Source: Gammaproteobacteria bacterium (GTDB taxonomy: Bacteria > Pseudomonadota > Gammaproteobacteria > Ga0077536). Taken from it: a stretch of 64,000 nt of DNA. Numbering within the stretch: the stretch's first letter is position 1; every line of letters starts with the position of its first letter. The notes beneath the pieces are model-generated. The model did not search any database. It was not told the DNA's origin and was given only the letters and a program-made list of their open reading frames with translations. The stretch spans positions 608,001 to 672,000 of the forward strand of contig CAXXLL010000002.1 in NCBI GenBank assembly GCA_963662545.2, in the 5' to 3' direction. Position numbers and translations under genes: made by a program. Shown here piece after piece: positions 8,940 through 19,659 of the stretch.

Positions 8940-10916
8940 TCACTCATCGCGCCCTGTCCCTGCCTTGAAGCCCCGTAACCAGGCACTCGCCTCGCTCGCC
9001 AGGGTCCAACGATCGTCCGGGCCGAGGCCGTCGGGCCCAAAACGGTAACGCTGGTGCAGTTCGGCGAGGCGGCGAAGCGCTGCTGCATCGACCTCGGCGC
9101 CGAAACGGGCGGCGGCGCGTTCAATCCATGCGTGCATCGGTTCGTCGCCGCGCCGCCGGGCGCCGGCGGTCTGAAGCCGCTGCTCGATCTGGTAGAACTC
9201 CGAATCCGCACCCGGCCAGACGGTTCGCGCCGCCACGGCGGACCGCCGGCGGCCAGTGCGCCGGTGCCACAAGAACCACGCGGTGAGCGCGCACGCCATC
9301 GACGCAGCGCCGTAAGACACCCGCCGCGTCGCGATCCCGAACTGCGGCATCTCCCAGGTCCGCCAGCCATACAGCAACCACGAGAAGAGATCGCCGAGCG
9401 GCTCTAACAGCGAGGCGGTCTCATCCTCGACCGTGACCCAGATCGGCGGCGTGGTGTCGACGTCGATCCAGACGCCGTCGATGTAGGCGCGCGCCCAGGC
9501 ATGTGCATGGCGCTTGCGCACGACATAGCCTTCATCAACCAGGCGCCGCTCCTGCACTGAGAAGCCGGTCGCGTAGCGAGCCGGTATACCGGCCGCGCGC
9601 AGCAGGAGGGTCGTCGCGGTTGCAAAGTACTCACAGTGCCCGGCGCGCGAGACCTCGAGGAAGTGGCGCAGCGCCCCGCCCTCCGCTTCGATCGGTCCCT
9701 GGTAGAGCGAGTATGCGAAGCCCTCGAAGAAGTAACCGCGGATGGCTTCGAGGGCGGCACTCGGAGACATGGCATCGAGACCGAGATCCCGGACCACCAG
9801 CGAGAAGAGCGCACGATCGCCTTTGGTGAGATCGCGATCTTGCACAGTCGGTGCCGCCGTGAACGATCGGCCCGGTGATGCGATGGCGGTATAGGTGACT
9901 GTCCCCGCAGCGTCGTGCGCCTCGACCGCGCCGAGCGGATTACGCTTCAGCTGCCCGACCAGTAAACCTTCCACACGGTGGGTCCCGCTCGGCAGCGACA
10001 GCACGCCGACACGGCCCTTGAGATACTCGGAAATCGACACCGCCGATCCGCCGGCTGCGCCGTTCGCGATCTGCCAGGTAGCTTCATCCTCGCCGTGCGG
10101 CACGGATTCGAGTGCCGCGTCGCGCGCATTCCAGTTGCCGTACCGGTACTCGTTGTAGCTCGCCCGGTGCAGCAGTCGCGGCCGAATCTCGGGTCCGAGG
10201 TATTTGACGCGGAGTAGGATCTTGTCCGAAAGCTTGAGTTTGCCGATGTGGCCGATTTCGGTGCGGGTGCGGTAGGGATCGGTGCGCGATCCGGATATAT
10301 TGACGAGGTTCGCCCCCAGCGAAACGATGGTTGCCTGCAGCGCGCTGAGCCCGAGGTGGCCGGCATAGCCCAGGGCGACCGCGACCACAATGAGCGCCGC
10401 CCATGCGAGACCCGCGTACTGCCGCGGCCGCCTCGTCCACAACGCCCCGGTGACGAGCAACGCAAGGCCCGGGTAGAACCACACCGAGTACTCGTAGACG
10501 GCACTGCCCGCGAGCAGGCACACGGCGAAATACGGAAACTCGAGCCTGAAGCTGCGCCCGGATGTGGCGCTGGGTAAACGCCTCAGCAAAGGCAGTGCAT
10601 AGAGCGGCACACTGCCGCGCCGCGACAGGCCCTGAGCGACGAGGAGCGGCGCCAGCACTACGGGCAGCCACTGCACCAGTCGGATGATAGCGTCGCGCAT
10701 CGCGAGCGCGGTCAGCAGATACACCGCGAGGCCGAGTACGGCGAGCACACACGCCATGCCGATGCGGCGGAAGTGCTCATCAGATACATCGACGTTCGGG
10801 CTGGTCAGGCGCGGCCCGATCACGGCGAGGACGAGCACCGCGGCGAGCGGTAGCAACGTCGTCTGATAGCCCCAGAACAGGATCGCGCCCCCGAGCAGGA
10901 TCGAGGCCGCCGTCAC
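8940..10916 (-). CDS. membrane transglutaminase-like domain protein (DUF3488/TgpA-like)
   Basis: N-terminal TM helices; GHCEYFATA, GIPARYATGF, HAHAW and DTTP motifs. Confidence 0.9.
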   Translation of the reverse strand: MTAASILLGGAILFWGYQTTLLPLAAVLVLAVIGPRLTSPNVDVSDEHFRRIGMACVLAVLGLAVYLLTALAMRDAIIRLVQWLPVVLAPLLVAQGLSRRGSVPLYALPLLRRLPSATSGRSFRLEFPYFAVCLLAGSAVYEYSVWFYPGLALLVTGALWTRRPRQYAGLAWAALIVVAVALGYAGHLGLSALQATIVSLGANLVNISGSRTDPYRTRTEIGHIGKLKLSDKILLRVKYLGPEIRPRLLHRASYNEYRYGNWNARDAALESVPHGEDEATWQIANGAAGGSAVSISEYLKGRVGVLSLPSGTHRVEGLLVGQLKRNPLGAVEAHDAAGTVTYTAIASPGRSFTAAPTVQDRDLTKGDRALFSLVVRDLGLDAMSPSAALEAIRGYFFEGFAYSLYQGPIEAEGGALRHFLEVSRAGHCEYFATATTLLLRAAGIPARYATGFSVQERRLVDEGYVVRKRHAHAWARAYIDGVWIDVDTTPPIWVTVEDETASLLEPLGDLFSWLLYGWRTWEMPQFGIATRRVSYGAASMACALTAWFLWHRRTGRRRSAVAARTVWPGADSEFYQIEQRLQTAGARRRGDEPMHAWIERAAARFGAEVDAAALRRLAELHQRYRFGPDGLGPDDRWTLASEASAWLRGFKAGTGRDE

Positions 10917-12223
10917 AGCGCAGCCAGCCCCTGCTGGATGTCGGCGGTGCGCAGCACGTGCAGCGACCCCGCGTCCGGTTCTATCTCGATGTCGGCGTCG
11001 CTGATCACCAGAACCTTGAGCGGCAGGCCGCGCGCCTGTAGGTCGTCGACGATGTCGCGGCGCGGCGTGTCCCAGCGCAGCAGGATGAGGATGCAGCTGC
11101 TGAGGACGGCGAGGCGTTCGAGCACGGCCTCGTGTAGCTCGCGAAAAGGCTTGTCCGTGCAGGCCTCGACGCCGGCCAGGATCTCGAGCATGCCGACGGC
11201 GTGCAGCTGGCCAATCCCCGCGGTGAAGGTGTAGGCCTCGGCGCCGACGAACATGAGGTCGAGCAGGTTTTCCTGCGTCTCGATGGTACAGGCGAACGAC
11301 GCGGCGACGGCCACGGCTTCCTCGAAGACGGTCTCCTCGTGGACGGCCGAGAAGGTGTCGAGCACCAGTGCGTGGCGTTCGAAGAACTCGTCTTGATATT
11401 CCTTCACGACCGGCCGGCCGACCCGCGCGAAGCTCTTCCAGTGGATCTTCTGCAGCGGATCGCCCGCGCGGTAATCGCGCAGACCCACGAACTCCTCGGT
11501 ATCGCCCTTCGAGGCCGCTAGCGTGACGCCGCCATGCTGGTAGATCCGTGTTCCCGGCAGTTCGAGTTCGGGCAGCGCATAGCGTTTCGGGAGAACCAGC
11601 AGGGAACCCTTGAGCGGCGCGCGCGAAAGCGCGTAGAAGATTCCGAGCGGATCAGACTTCGCCAGGGCCACGGCGTCGAACTCAAGGATCCCGCGGTGGG
11701 ACGGGGTGAGCTCGTATTTAATATCGACGTCGTCACCGGGGCCGAGGATGCCGATCGGGCAGGGCTTCGTCTCCGCCACCTGCCTGCGCGAGAGCAGCGC
11801 GCGCCAGCGGGCGAGCACGGACGCGCGCGGGGCGTCGCCGCCTTTCGTCTGACGAAACTCCGCGTAGGTCGGGCGCGGGTCGATGAGCTCGTCGACGAGA
11901 GCGAGCGAGGTGTGCGCGGTCTGATCGTCGTTGTGCACGCGGATGCGGTAGCTCACCGGCTCGCCGATGGTGGCAAAGGGCGGCAGCTCGCGTGTGGCAT
12001 GGAAGCGCGTTCGCAAAAATAGCTGCGCAACGAACGCAACGAAAATGACCGACGCGATGAGCGTGAAGATCTGATAGGCCAGCGTGAGTTCGGTATCGAT
12101 TCCTATCGCAGCCGTGACCAGCAGGCCCGCGAAGAAGAACCGCCCTGTCACCGTGAGGCGCCGCCGCGCCCACGGGTTGACGCCAGAAATAAAGCGCAAA
12201 AGCCGGTACGTCAGCGCCTGCAT
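10913..12223 (-). CDS. DUF58 domain protein
   Basis: EFVGLRDYRAGDPLQKIHWKSFAR motif; located between MoxR and the transglutaminase gene. Confidence 0.9.
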   Translation of the reverse strand: MQALTYRLLRFISGVNPWARRRLTVTGRFFFAGLLVTAAIGIDTELTLAYQIFTLIASVIFVAFVAQLFLRTRFHATRELPPFATIGEPVSYRIRVHNDDQTAHTSLALVDELIDPRPTYAEFRQTKGGDAPRASVLARWRALLSRRQVAETKPCPIGILGPGDDVDIKYELTPSHRGILEFDAVALAKSDPLGIFYALSRAPLKGSLLVLPKRYALPELELPGTRIYQHGGVTLAASKGDTEEFVGLRDYRAGDPLQKIHWKSFARVGRPVVKEYQDEFFERHALVLDTFSAVHEETVFEEAVAVAASFACTIETQENLLDLMFVGAEAYTFTAGIGQLHAVGMLEILAGVEACTDKPFRELHEAVLERLAVLSSCILILLRWDTPRRDIVDDLQARGLPLKVLVISDADIEIEPDAGSLHVLRTADIQQGLAAL

Positions 12224-12240
12224 GGGATGGTCCCGTCGCG

Positions 12241-13200
12241 TCAGGCCGGGAGCGGGTGTTCGTCCATGAGATCCTCGAGGATCGCCTCCGACGATCGACC
12301 CGAGAACCGTGATTTTGGATCGACCGCCATGCGGTGCGCGATAACGGGCGCGATCATCTCACGCAGGTGATCGGGCATGACGAAATCCGACCCGTCGATC
12401 AGCGCCAGCGCCCGCATCGCGTTGAAGAGCGCAATGGATGCACGCGGACCCGTTCCCATCTGCACCGACGCATGCTCGCGGGTCGCCCGCACGATCGACA
12501 CCGCGTAGCGCTGCAGCTCCTCGCTGATGTGGACGTCGCGTACGGCCGATTTCAGCGCCACCACGTCCTCGACCGAGACACAGGCGCCAAGCGCATCGAG
12601 CGGGTGTGAACGCGCCTGCCCGGTGACGACCGCGAGCTCCGCATCAAAGTCGACGTAGCCGAGACTCAGACGAATAGCGAAGCGGTCCATCTGTGCTTCC
12701 GGCAACGGGTAGGTGCCGCGGAACTCGACCGGATTCTGAGTGGCGATCACGAAGAAGAGGTCAGACAGCTGATAGGAGCGCCCCTCGACGCTGACCTGAC
12801 CCTCAGCCATGGCTTCGAGCAGCGCGGATTGCGTCCGCGGCGACGCACGGTTGATCTCGTCGGCGAGGAGGATATCGGTAAACACGGGGCCTTCGCGAAA
12901 ATTGAAGACCTGCTCGCGCGGGTCGAAAACCGAGACGCCGAGGATGTCGGAGGGCAGCAGATCGGGCGTGAACTGCACCCGCTTAAAGCCGGCGCCGACC
13001 GACTTGGCGAGGGCCTTGGAGAGCGTAGTTTTGCCGGTGCCCGGGTAGTCTTCCAGAAGCACGTGACCGCCGCTCGCGAAGGCGGCCACGATCTTGCGGA
13101 GGGATGCGGTCTGGCCGGTGATAACGGTCTCGACGTTAGCAATGATCTTGGCGGCGATTAGCTGTGCCGTCTGAATCGTCGTCGCGGTTGTGTCGTCCAT
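12241..13200 (-). CDS. MoxR-family AAA+ ATPase
   Basis: GHVLLEDYPGTGKT, RVQFTPDLLPSD, LADEINRA, ATQNP and YPLPEAQMDRF motifs. Confidence 0.95.
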   Translation of the reverse strand: MDDTTATTIQTAQLIAAKIIANVETVITGQTASLRKIVAAFASGGHVLLEDYPGTGKTTLSKALAKSVGAGFKRVQFTPDLLPSDILGVSVFDPREQVFNFREGPVFTDILLADEINRASPRTQSALLEAMAEGQVSVEGRSYQLSDLFFVIATQNPVEFRGTYPLPEAQMDRFAIRLSLGYVDFDAELAVVTGQARSHPLDALGACVSVEDVVALKSAVRDVHISEELQRYAVSIVRATREHASVQMGTGPRASIALFNAMRALALIDGSDFVMPDHLREMIAPVIAHRMAVDPKSRFSGRSSEAILEDLMDEHPLPA

Positions 13201-13246
13201 GGTCCGGGTTCCCTGTCAGATTGGGGACAGTATATGGGGAATAAAC

Positions 13247-13440
13247 GGTGTCGGAGTTGACTTATTTGACTAACATATAGCCGTATTGGCGCCGCCTATC
13301 CTAGTATCCTAGGGGGCAAACCACGTTTTACACGGTGCCGCGCGTTTTCACGGTCCCGACAGCGGCCCGGCGCTCTTAGTCAATTAAGTCAATTCCGGCA
13401 CGCAATTCTCGTTCAAGTCAATTAAGTCAACTCCGGCACC
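13247..13440. repeat. REPIN/MITE-like element with ~25-bp inverted repeats (right arm present twice)
   Basis: GGTGTCGGAGTTGACTTATTTGACT at 13247; AGTCAATTAAGTCAA(T/C)TCCGGCAC at about 13378 and 13416. Confidence 0.7.
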
Positions 13441-14387
13441 CGATTCCTATCACCGAAGACGAGACGTAGCCCAAAATCGCCCAACGATTACCAAGAAAAT
13501 CCAACCATGGATATGTCAAGCGCAGACGAATGGAAGCGCCTACAGGCCGATATAGAAATAGCCCGGCAAGTCATTATTGCCCTGCGCTGGCTGATGGAAG
13601 ATACGGCGCCACAGTCATCGATGGATGCGAGTGGGGAGGTGTTGGATAGGCTGGGTGAGTATTCGCCAACTCGTGCTGGTGCGTAATACGAACCATCGCA
13701 AAGGCGGCGAGCTGCTAAAGGCGAATGGGTTTGGTGTACCCGGATCTATTTATCGCCAGAAAAATCCAACCGATCTCGCAGTTTTTCAAGTTCCGGCTTC
13801 ATAAGCTCGCATCTCCGAGCGTATGGAGTCCTTCCTTTCCTTGGTTTTGCAAGATCGGAAATGGATTGAAGTGCGGTGAACATAATCAGAGCGGTTTCCC
13901 ACAACTTGTGCTCGATAGAATCGAGATTCGGCAATATGTTGATGGACATTGGAAATCCATCATCGCCATATGACACGCTGTCTTCTAAATGTTGCAAATT
14001 TGCGTGTACAGCATTGCTGTAGACGTTGTAATACAAATAGAGTCTGGGCACCTCGCCCACTCTGGCGTCTTGCTATCGAAAAACAAAAGCGACACATGCG
14101 TCGGATTGGAAAAGCGCCGTTACGGCGTTTTCAGTATGTGGGGACGTGGAAAGATTTACCACGTCAACCGACACGAAAGGCTACCCCGTAATGGCCCCAA
14201 ATCACCCCTATTCACCCCACCCCACCGAGACATCCACCCCGACCCAGGAGTAACCCCCACCCTGTCCTGATTAGGCCGATACGCACCCCGAAATAGGGGC
14301 TTTCTGGAGATTAATTACCGGCTACGCAATTCGGCGAGTGTAAAGAATCCTAGAAAATCGGGCAGCGGAGCGATTTATTGCCATAGA

Positions 14388-15206
14388 ATGTTTCGGGATA
14401 GACTAGATAAGCCCCAACTCGAGAGCGTCGGAATTCTGGCCACGAAACGCACAAACAGCAGTCGCCTAGCGTCCCCGCTAGTATTGACGTCGATTATGTC
14501 CGCGTTGATTGCTGTCTTATTGTTCGACGGCGCATCAGCTGCCACCCTCGTTGACAAACCTTGGGACCCGACCGTTTCGCCGAACGGATGGCTTGCCAAC
14601 CAAAGTCAATTTGGAGGACCGAACTTAACGGCAGATCCTTTTGCGTTAGTTAATGGGGCGACGGTAACAAAGGTCGCGTGGTGGGGCTTTGGGACGCTAG
14701 GCGCCGAAGGGTTCGGTTTTTTCGGGACTGCAACTTGGGACGTTCGATTCTTCGAGATGCAGGAAGGCTCGCCGCCATTTCCCGCTGCCAACGCCCTTTA
14801 TATTTACGACACTGGCCTAATTAGCGGCGCTCTCGTTCAATTTAACCCAGGCGGTGGGGCACCCATCCTGCAAACGTTCAGGTGGGAGGTAGATATTCCT
14901 AGTGTTTTTTTGCCTTCGGGCGACTATGCGATTAGCTTGGCGATTACCGATCACAACGGCATCTGGAATTCCGCGACCGAAATCGACGACGTATTGTGGA
15001 CTCGCTTTTTTTTCGGAGATACGTGGCTAGGCCCCATTGATTTCGAAGGATCTGCCGGTCGCCGGGACAATGCGTTTGTTTTATACGGTATTTCTGTTCC
15101 AATCCCCGCGCCGCTCGGTCTTTTCCTATCCGGTCTAATAGGGGCTATGGGACTTGGTCACCGAAAGCGCATAGACGAACCCGGCAAGTACACCCGGGAA
15201 CAATAG
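14388..15206 (+). CDS. secreted protein with a PEP-CTERM/VPLPA-CTERM-like sorting signal (true start may be downstream)
   Basis: Signal-peptide-like segment ending ASAA; C-terminal VPIPAPLGLFLSGLIGAMGLGHRKR. Confidence 0.75.
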   Translation: MFRDRLDKPQLESVGILATKRTNSSRLASPLVLTSIMSALIAVLLFDGASAATLVDKPWDPTVSPNGWLANQSQFGGPNLTADPFALVNGATVTKVAWWGFGTLGAEGFGFFGTATWDVRFFEMQEGSPPFPAANALYIYDTGLISGALVQFNPGGGAPILQTFRWEVDIPSVFLPSGDYAISLAITDHNGIWNSATEIDDVLWTRFFFGDTWLGPIDFEGSAGRRDNAFVLYGISVPIPAPLGLFLSGLIGAMGLGHRKRIDEPGKYTREQ

Positions 15207-15239
15207 CGAATTGGGTATCAGGTCTTGCCTTTTGTCCGT

Positions 15240-15538
15240 GATGTCTGTTCAGGGTCCAGACTGTGTGAAAACTCAATAATACGACGCCGAAAGTAAAAAA
15301 TTCCCCACCAGCATAGTAGTTAAGCACCATGAAAAGGGATCAGCACATCGCATTAATCCACTTCCGAGTGTCGGTTCCCCACTTTTGAAAAACGCAAATA
15401 GTTTTCACACAGTCTGGGTCGTTAGCCGCCGCCTCGCGGCAGTGCAGCACTGGTAATAGTTACGTCTGCAATCCCCTCGTAAGCGGTCGTCCTGTTGTTT
15501 TAAGTGTCGCGCTCCAAGCCCATTTCGGCTTTCGGCCA
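15240..15538 (+). repeat. tripartite repeat, copy R3 (MITE in first palindrome; E2+E3 in third; resumes at 21839)
   Basis: GATGTCTGTTCAGGGTC[MITE]GGTCGTTAGCCGCC / ACGTCTGCAATCCCCTCGTAAGCGGTC / TCGGCTTTCGGCCA|GGAGCGGTC. Confidence 0.85.
15257..15416. mobile_element. 160-bp IS1182-type MITE
   Basis: Perfect IRs CAGACTGTGTGAAAACT / AGTTTTCACACAGTCTG; 4-bp TSD GGTC. Confidence 0.88.
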
Positions 15539-16263
15539 GAGGACTAAACCGCTCGCGCGGTAGGGGGAGGTTTCACCAGGCGTTAGCGATGGATTGACGG
15601 GAAGGGTCTGTCCCGTGTTGATGTTGGTTTGCGACATGCAACTCAACACAAGGAACAGACCCATGACCCAGAACAAGCATTCTATCAGCCCGTTGCGTCA
15701 ACGCATGCACGACGACATGCGCCTTCGTAAGCTCTCTGAGAAAACACAGACAGCCTATATCCGTGCGGTCAAGAATTTCACCCGCTTTCTCGCCCGTTCT
15801 CCCGACACCGCCGGTAGCGAAGACCTGCGGCGTTATCAACTTCACATGGTCTCCACCGGCGTGTCTCGCACGACCATCAACGCCACCATCACCGGTTTGC
15901 ACTTTTTCTTTGAGATCTCCCTCGAGCGGCCCGATGCGATGAAACGGATGAGTACCGTGCACGTGGAACGTAAGCTCCCGGTGGTCTTGAGCGGTGAGGA
16001 AGTTGCGCGCCTGTTACAAGCCGCGCCCGGCATCAAGTACCAGGCGGCGTTGTCGCTCGCCTATGGCGCCGGCCTTCGCGCCGGCGAGGGAGTCATGCTG
16101 AAAGTCACCGATATTGACCGTGAGCGCAAGCTCCTGCGCGTCGAGCAGGGTAAGGGACGCAAGGACCGCTACGCTATGCTCTCACCGACCTTGCTCAAGG
16201 TGTTGCGCACCTGGTACCGCAGCGCTGCATCGCAGGGCAAGATGTGGCCCCACGGCTGGCTAG

Positions 16264-17649
16264 GAGTTATAACTGAATCTGGTGTTTGAGCGAATTGAAT
16301 AAAGGCGGCGTATCTGGTTGAAATGTTGTTACCAAGCAGCAAGCCAACCAAAGAGGATACGCCACCATGAGAGAGAGTAACGTTGTTGAATTATCAGGTC
16401 GAGAAGGAATACCAGATCCGTTGACGGAGGTTTTGAGAAACGGTGCACGGGCGCTGATTGAGCGAGCAGTTGAAAGCGAGCTGGCAGAGTATTTGGCGCA
16501 GTATTCAAGCCATCGCACGGCGGACGACAAAGCAGGTGTGGTTCGCAACGGCTATTTGCCGGAACGCCAGTTGCAGACGGGCTTGGGGACGGTCACGGTC
16601 AGGATACCGAAGGTTCGTTCGAAGCTCGGCGAGCCGGTGACCTTCCGTTCAGCGCTGGTGCCGCCGTATGTGCGCAAGACAAGAACCTTGGAGGCGGCCG
16701 TGCCGTGGCTGTATTTGAAGGGCGTTTCCAGTGGCGAAATGGGCGCTGCGCTGGAAGTTTTGTTGGGGCCGCAGGCGAAGGGCCTGTCGGCGAGCACAGT
16801 GTCGCGCTTGAAGCAGGTGTGGGCGCAAGAATACCGCGACTGGTGCGAGGGGCGATTGGACCAAGACCGCTGGGTGTAGGTGTGGGCGGACGGTGTCTAC
16901 AGTGGCCTGCGGGCGGAGCACACGAAGCTGTGTGCGTTGGTGGTGATCGGCGTCAATGAGCGAGGCGAGAAGCGTTTTTTGGCGATGGAGGATGGTGTGC
17001 GGGAGTCCACGCAGAGCTGGCGCGAGGTGTTGCTGAAATTGAAGTCACGCGGGATGAATATTCCCAAGCTGGCGATCGGGGACGGTGCCATGGGCTTCTG
17101 GGCCGCACTGGAGGAAGTCTACGGTGAGACCCGCCAGCAACGCTGCTGGATGCACAAGACGATGAACGTGCTGAACTGCCTACCGAAGTCAGCACAGGCC
17201 AAAGCCAAGCAAGCCCTGCACGCGATCTGGCAGGCCGCGACAAAGGCCGACGCCGAGAAGGCGTTCGAGCTGTTCCTCAAGACCTATGAACCGAAGTATC
17301 CCAAGGCGACCCTGTGCCTACAGAAAGACCGTGAGGAGTTGCTGGCGTTCTATGATTTTCCGGCACCACATTGGCAAAGCATTCGCACGAGCAATCCGAT
17401 TGAATCCACCTTCGCTACGATCCGGCACCGGACCCGGCGCTCCAAGGGCGGTCTCTCTCGGGACGGCATGCTCCATATGATGTTCAAGCTGGGGCGGTGT
17501 GCGCAGAAGAATTGGCGACGCCTACGTGGATTCGACTACCTGGCCAAGGTGATTACTGGAGTTAAATTTGAAGATGGTATCGAGGTGACAAGGGTCAATC
17601 AGGTCGCCGCTTGATTCAACCGCCTGAACACCACTTTTGACAATAACTC
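16264..17649 (+). mobile_element. IS256-family element, copy 1
   Basis: IRs GAGTTATAACTGAATCTGGTG / CACCACTTTTGACAATAACTC; 9-bp TSD CGGCTGGCT (two extra bases on the left). Confidence 0.92.
16367..17614 (+). pseudogene. IS256 transposase with an in-frame TAG at 16877-16879
   Basis: RNGYLPER, RWV*VWADG, IGDGAMG, QRCWMHK and RTSNPIES motifs. Confidence 0.88.
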
Positions 17650-17963
17650 CGGCTGGCTGTTCCCGGGGCAGAACCCCGTCAACCCTCTGACCACCCGCCA
17701 GCTCAACCGGGCCTGTCATGCGGCGGTGGACCTAGCGACCATCGATAAGCGCGTGTCGCTGCATACGCTGCGCCATTCATTCGCAACTCATTTACTCGAG
17801 CAGGGGGTCGACATCCGTGTGATCCAGGTGCTGCTCGGACACCAGAAGCTCGAGACCACCGCGCTGTACTCCCAGGTCGCCATGCGCACGCTTCGTGAGG
17901 TCGTGAGCCCACTGGAACATCTCACCCTGGAGTTGAGACCGCCCGCCTGACCCGGCGGGTGAG

Positions 17964-19157
17964 GTGTCTCGGCAACCGCTCGAGGTCGCGGATATCTTCC
18001 GCGCCTACGGTCCGGCTTGGCGTCATGCGCACGCCGGACACCTCAGTCTCGGGCAGCTGAAGGTCATGTCGGCCATCGAGCGCTGTCGTAGCGCAGCGCT
18101 CGGCGGCCACGTTGTGCACTGCGACGCCTGTGACCACATCGAGATCGCCTACAACTCCTGCCGTAACAGGCACTGCCCGAAGTGCCAGGGCGCAGTGGCC
18201 AGGCAATGGCTTGCCGCGCGCGAAGCCGAGCTGCTACCGGTCGCGTACTTCCACGTCGTGTTCACGGTGCCGGCAGAGATCGGCAACCTCGCCTATCAGA
18301 ACAAGGCCGTTATCTACAACCTCTTATTCAAAGCCGCCGCCGAGACCTTGCTCACCATCGGGGCCGATCCCAAACACCTCGGGGCACGCCTGGGGCTCAC
18401 CGCCGTGCTGCATACCTGGGGCTCGGCCATGACCCATCATCCCCATCTGCACTGCATCGTGCCTGGCGGCGGGCTCTCGCTCGACGGCGTGCGTTGGCTC
18501 GCCTGTCGGCCCAACTTCTTCTTACCGGTGCGGGTGCTCTCGCGGTTGTTCCGACGCCTGTTCCTCGGCCAGCTGGGTGAACTCCACGCGGGCGGACAGT
18601 TGGCCTTCTTCGGCCAATACCAGGGACTCGAAGACCCGCACGCCTTCGCCGAGTTCCTCACTGCGTTGCGTAAACGCGAGTGGGTCGTTGATGCCCGCCC
18701 GCCCTTCGCCGGACCCGCCGCGGTGCTCGAATACCTCGCCCGATATACCCACCGCGTCGCCATCGCTAACTCGCGTCTCATCACCTTCGACCAACAACGC
18801 GTGAGCTTCAAGTGGAAGGACTATCGCGCCCAGCAGGAGAACCGCTACAAGACCCTGTCGCTCGAGACCGGCGAGTTCATCCGCCGCTTCCTCATCCACG
18901 TCCTACCCCACGGCTTCCATCGCATTCGCCATTACGGGTTGTTCGCAAACGGCGGGCGCACCGAGAACCTCGCAAAGGTCCGCGCTCTGCTCGGCATCGA
19001 GACATCCCAAGATGTCAACGACAACGACAACACTGATGAGGCGACACCCGACTGGCTACGCTGTCCGTCCTGTGGAGGTGCGATGCACATCATCGACACC
19101 TTCGAGCCCGGTCACGCGCCCTGTGCACCACCGCACCGCGGAGGCGACCCACCTTGA
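17964..19157 (+). CDS. IS91-family (Y2/HUH) transposase, intact
   Basis: 397 aa; SCRNRHCPKCQ, HPHLH, YLARY, GFHRIRHYG and C-terminal CPSCG. Confidence 0.93.
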   Translation: MSRQPLEVADIFRAYGPAWRHAHAGHLSLGQLKVMSAIERCRSAALGGHVVHCDACDHIEIAYNSCRNRHCPKCQGAVARQWLAAREAELLPVAYFHVVFTVPAEIGNLAYQNKAVIYNLLFKAAAETLLTIGADPKHLGARLGLTAVLHTWGSAMTHHPHLHCIVPGGGLSLDGVRWLACRPNFFLPVRVLSRLFRRLFLGQLGELHAGGQLAFFGQYQGLEDPHAFAEFLTALRKREWVVDARPPFAGPAAVLEYLARYTHRVAIANSRLITFDQQRVSFKWKDYRAQQENRYKTLSLETGEFIRRFLIHVLPHGFHRIRHYGLFANGGRTENLAKVRALLGIETSQDVNDNDNTDEATPDWLRCPSCGGAMHIIDTFEPGHAPCAPPHRGGDPP

Positions 19158-19659
19158 CCCTCGACCGTTCGAACTCGCCAGCCCACCAGCCCACAAATCG
19201 CCGCTTTACCACCGGCAACGTTACCGTCTTGCTTGGCGCCGTGACGAGACCACATAGCGGTACCGATCCCGCTCCTCAACGTCCGGTCACCCACCCACCT
19301 CATTGCACGCTGACCCGTTCTTGCCCGACACACCGCTTGCCGTTGGCTACCGATCATATCAATCCGAACAACGCCACCCTCAAATCCCCATAGCACCGTG
19401 CCGACCAACGCGCCGGCGTTCTTCTCCCGCGGTTTCCTCCCTTGAGGCTTGTCAGACGCCTGCCCCCACCCTCTCGACCCAGTCCGTCCACTGTCTACGG
19501 CAGGCATCTGACAACCCTTAACAGAGGACGAAACCGCTATCGCGGTAATGGTCGGCGAGGTTGTGGCGGAGGTGTTGTAAATTGAGTTAGCAAAATGGGC
19601 TCACCCTGTGTTGAGGTTGTTATCGCCAAACAGCAACCAGAAACACAGGAGATAAGCCC

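Larger units (their letters stand above)
15663..17950 (+). pseudogene. tyrosine recombinase interrupted by IS256
   Basis: N-part ends ...KMWPHGWL; C-part [10 protein letters not shown]...[13 protein letters not shown] resumes after 17650. Confidence 0.9.
15539..19523 (+). mobile_element. element E2: tyrosine recombinase (IS256-interrupted) + intact IS91-type transposase
   Basis: Left end GAGGACTAAACCGCTCGCGCGGT after CGGCCA; right end ACAACCCTTAACA directly abuts E3. Confidence 0.85.

Noticed and set aside
8308-9048. 246-aa plus-strand ORF
   Set aside because: It runs across repeat R2 and overlaps the transglutaminase 3' end; no recognisable domain.
13508-14270. Short low-GC ORFs (13508-13686 +, 13746-14060 -)
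   Set aside because: Possibly remnants of cargo genes, but there are no motifs to support a call.
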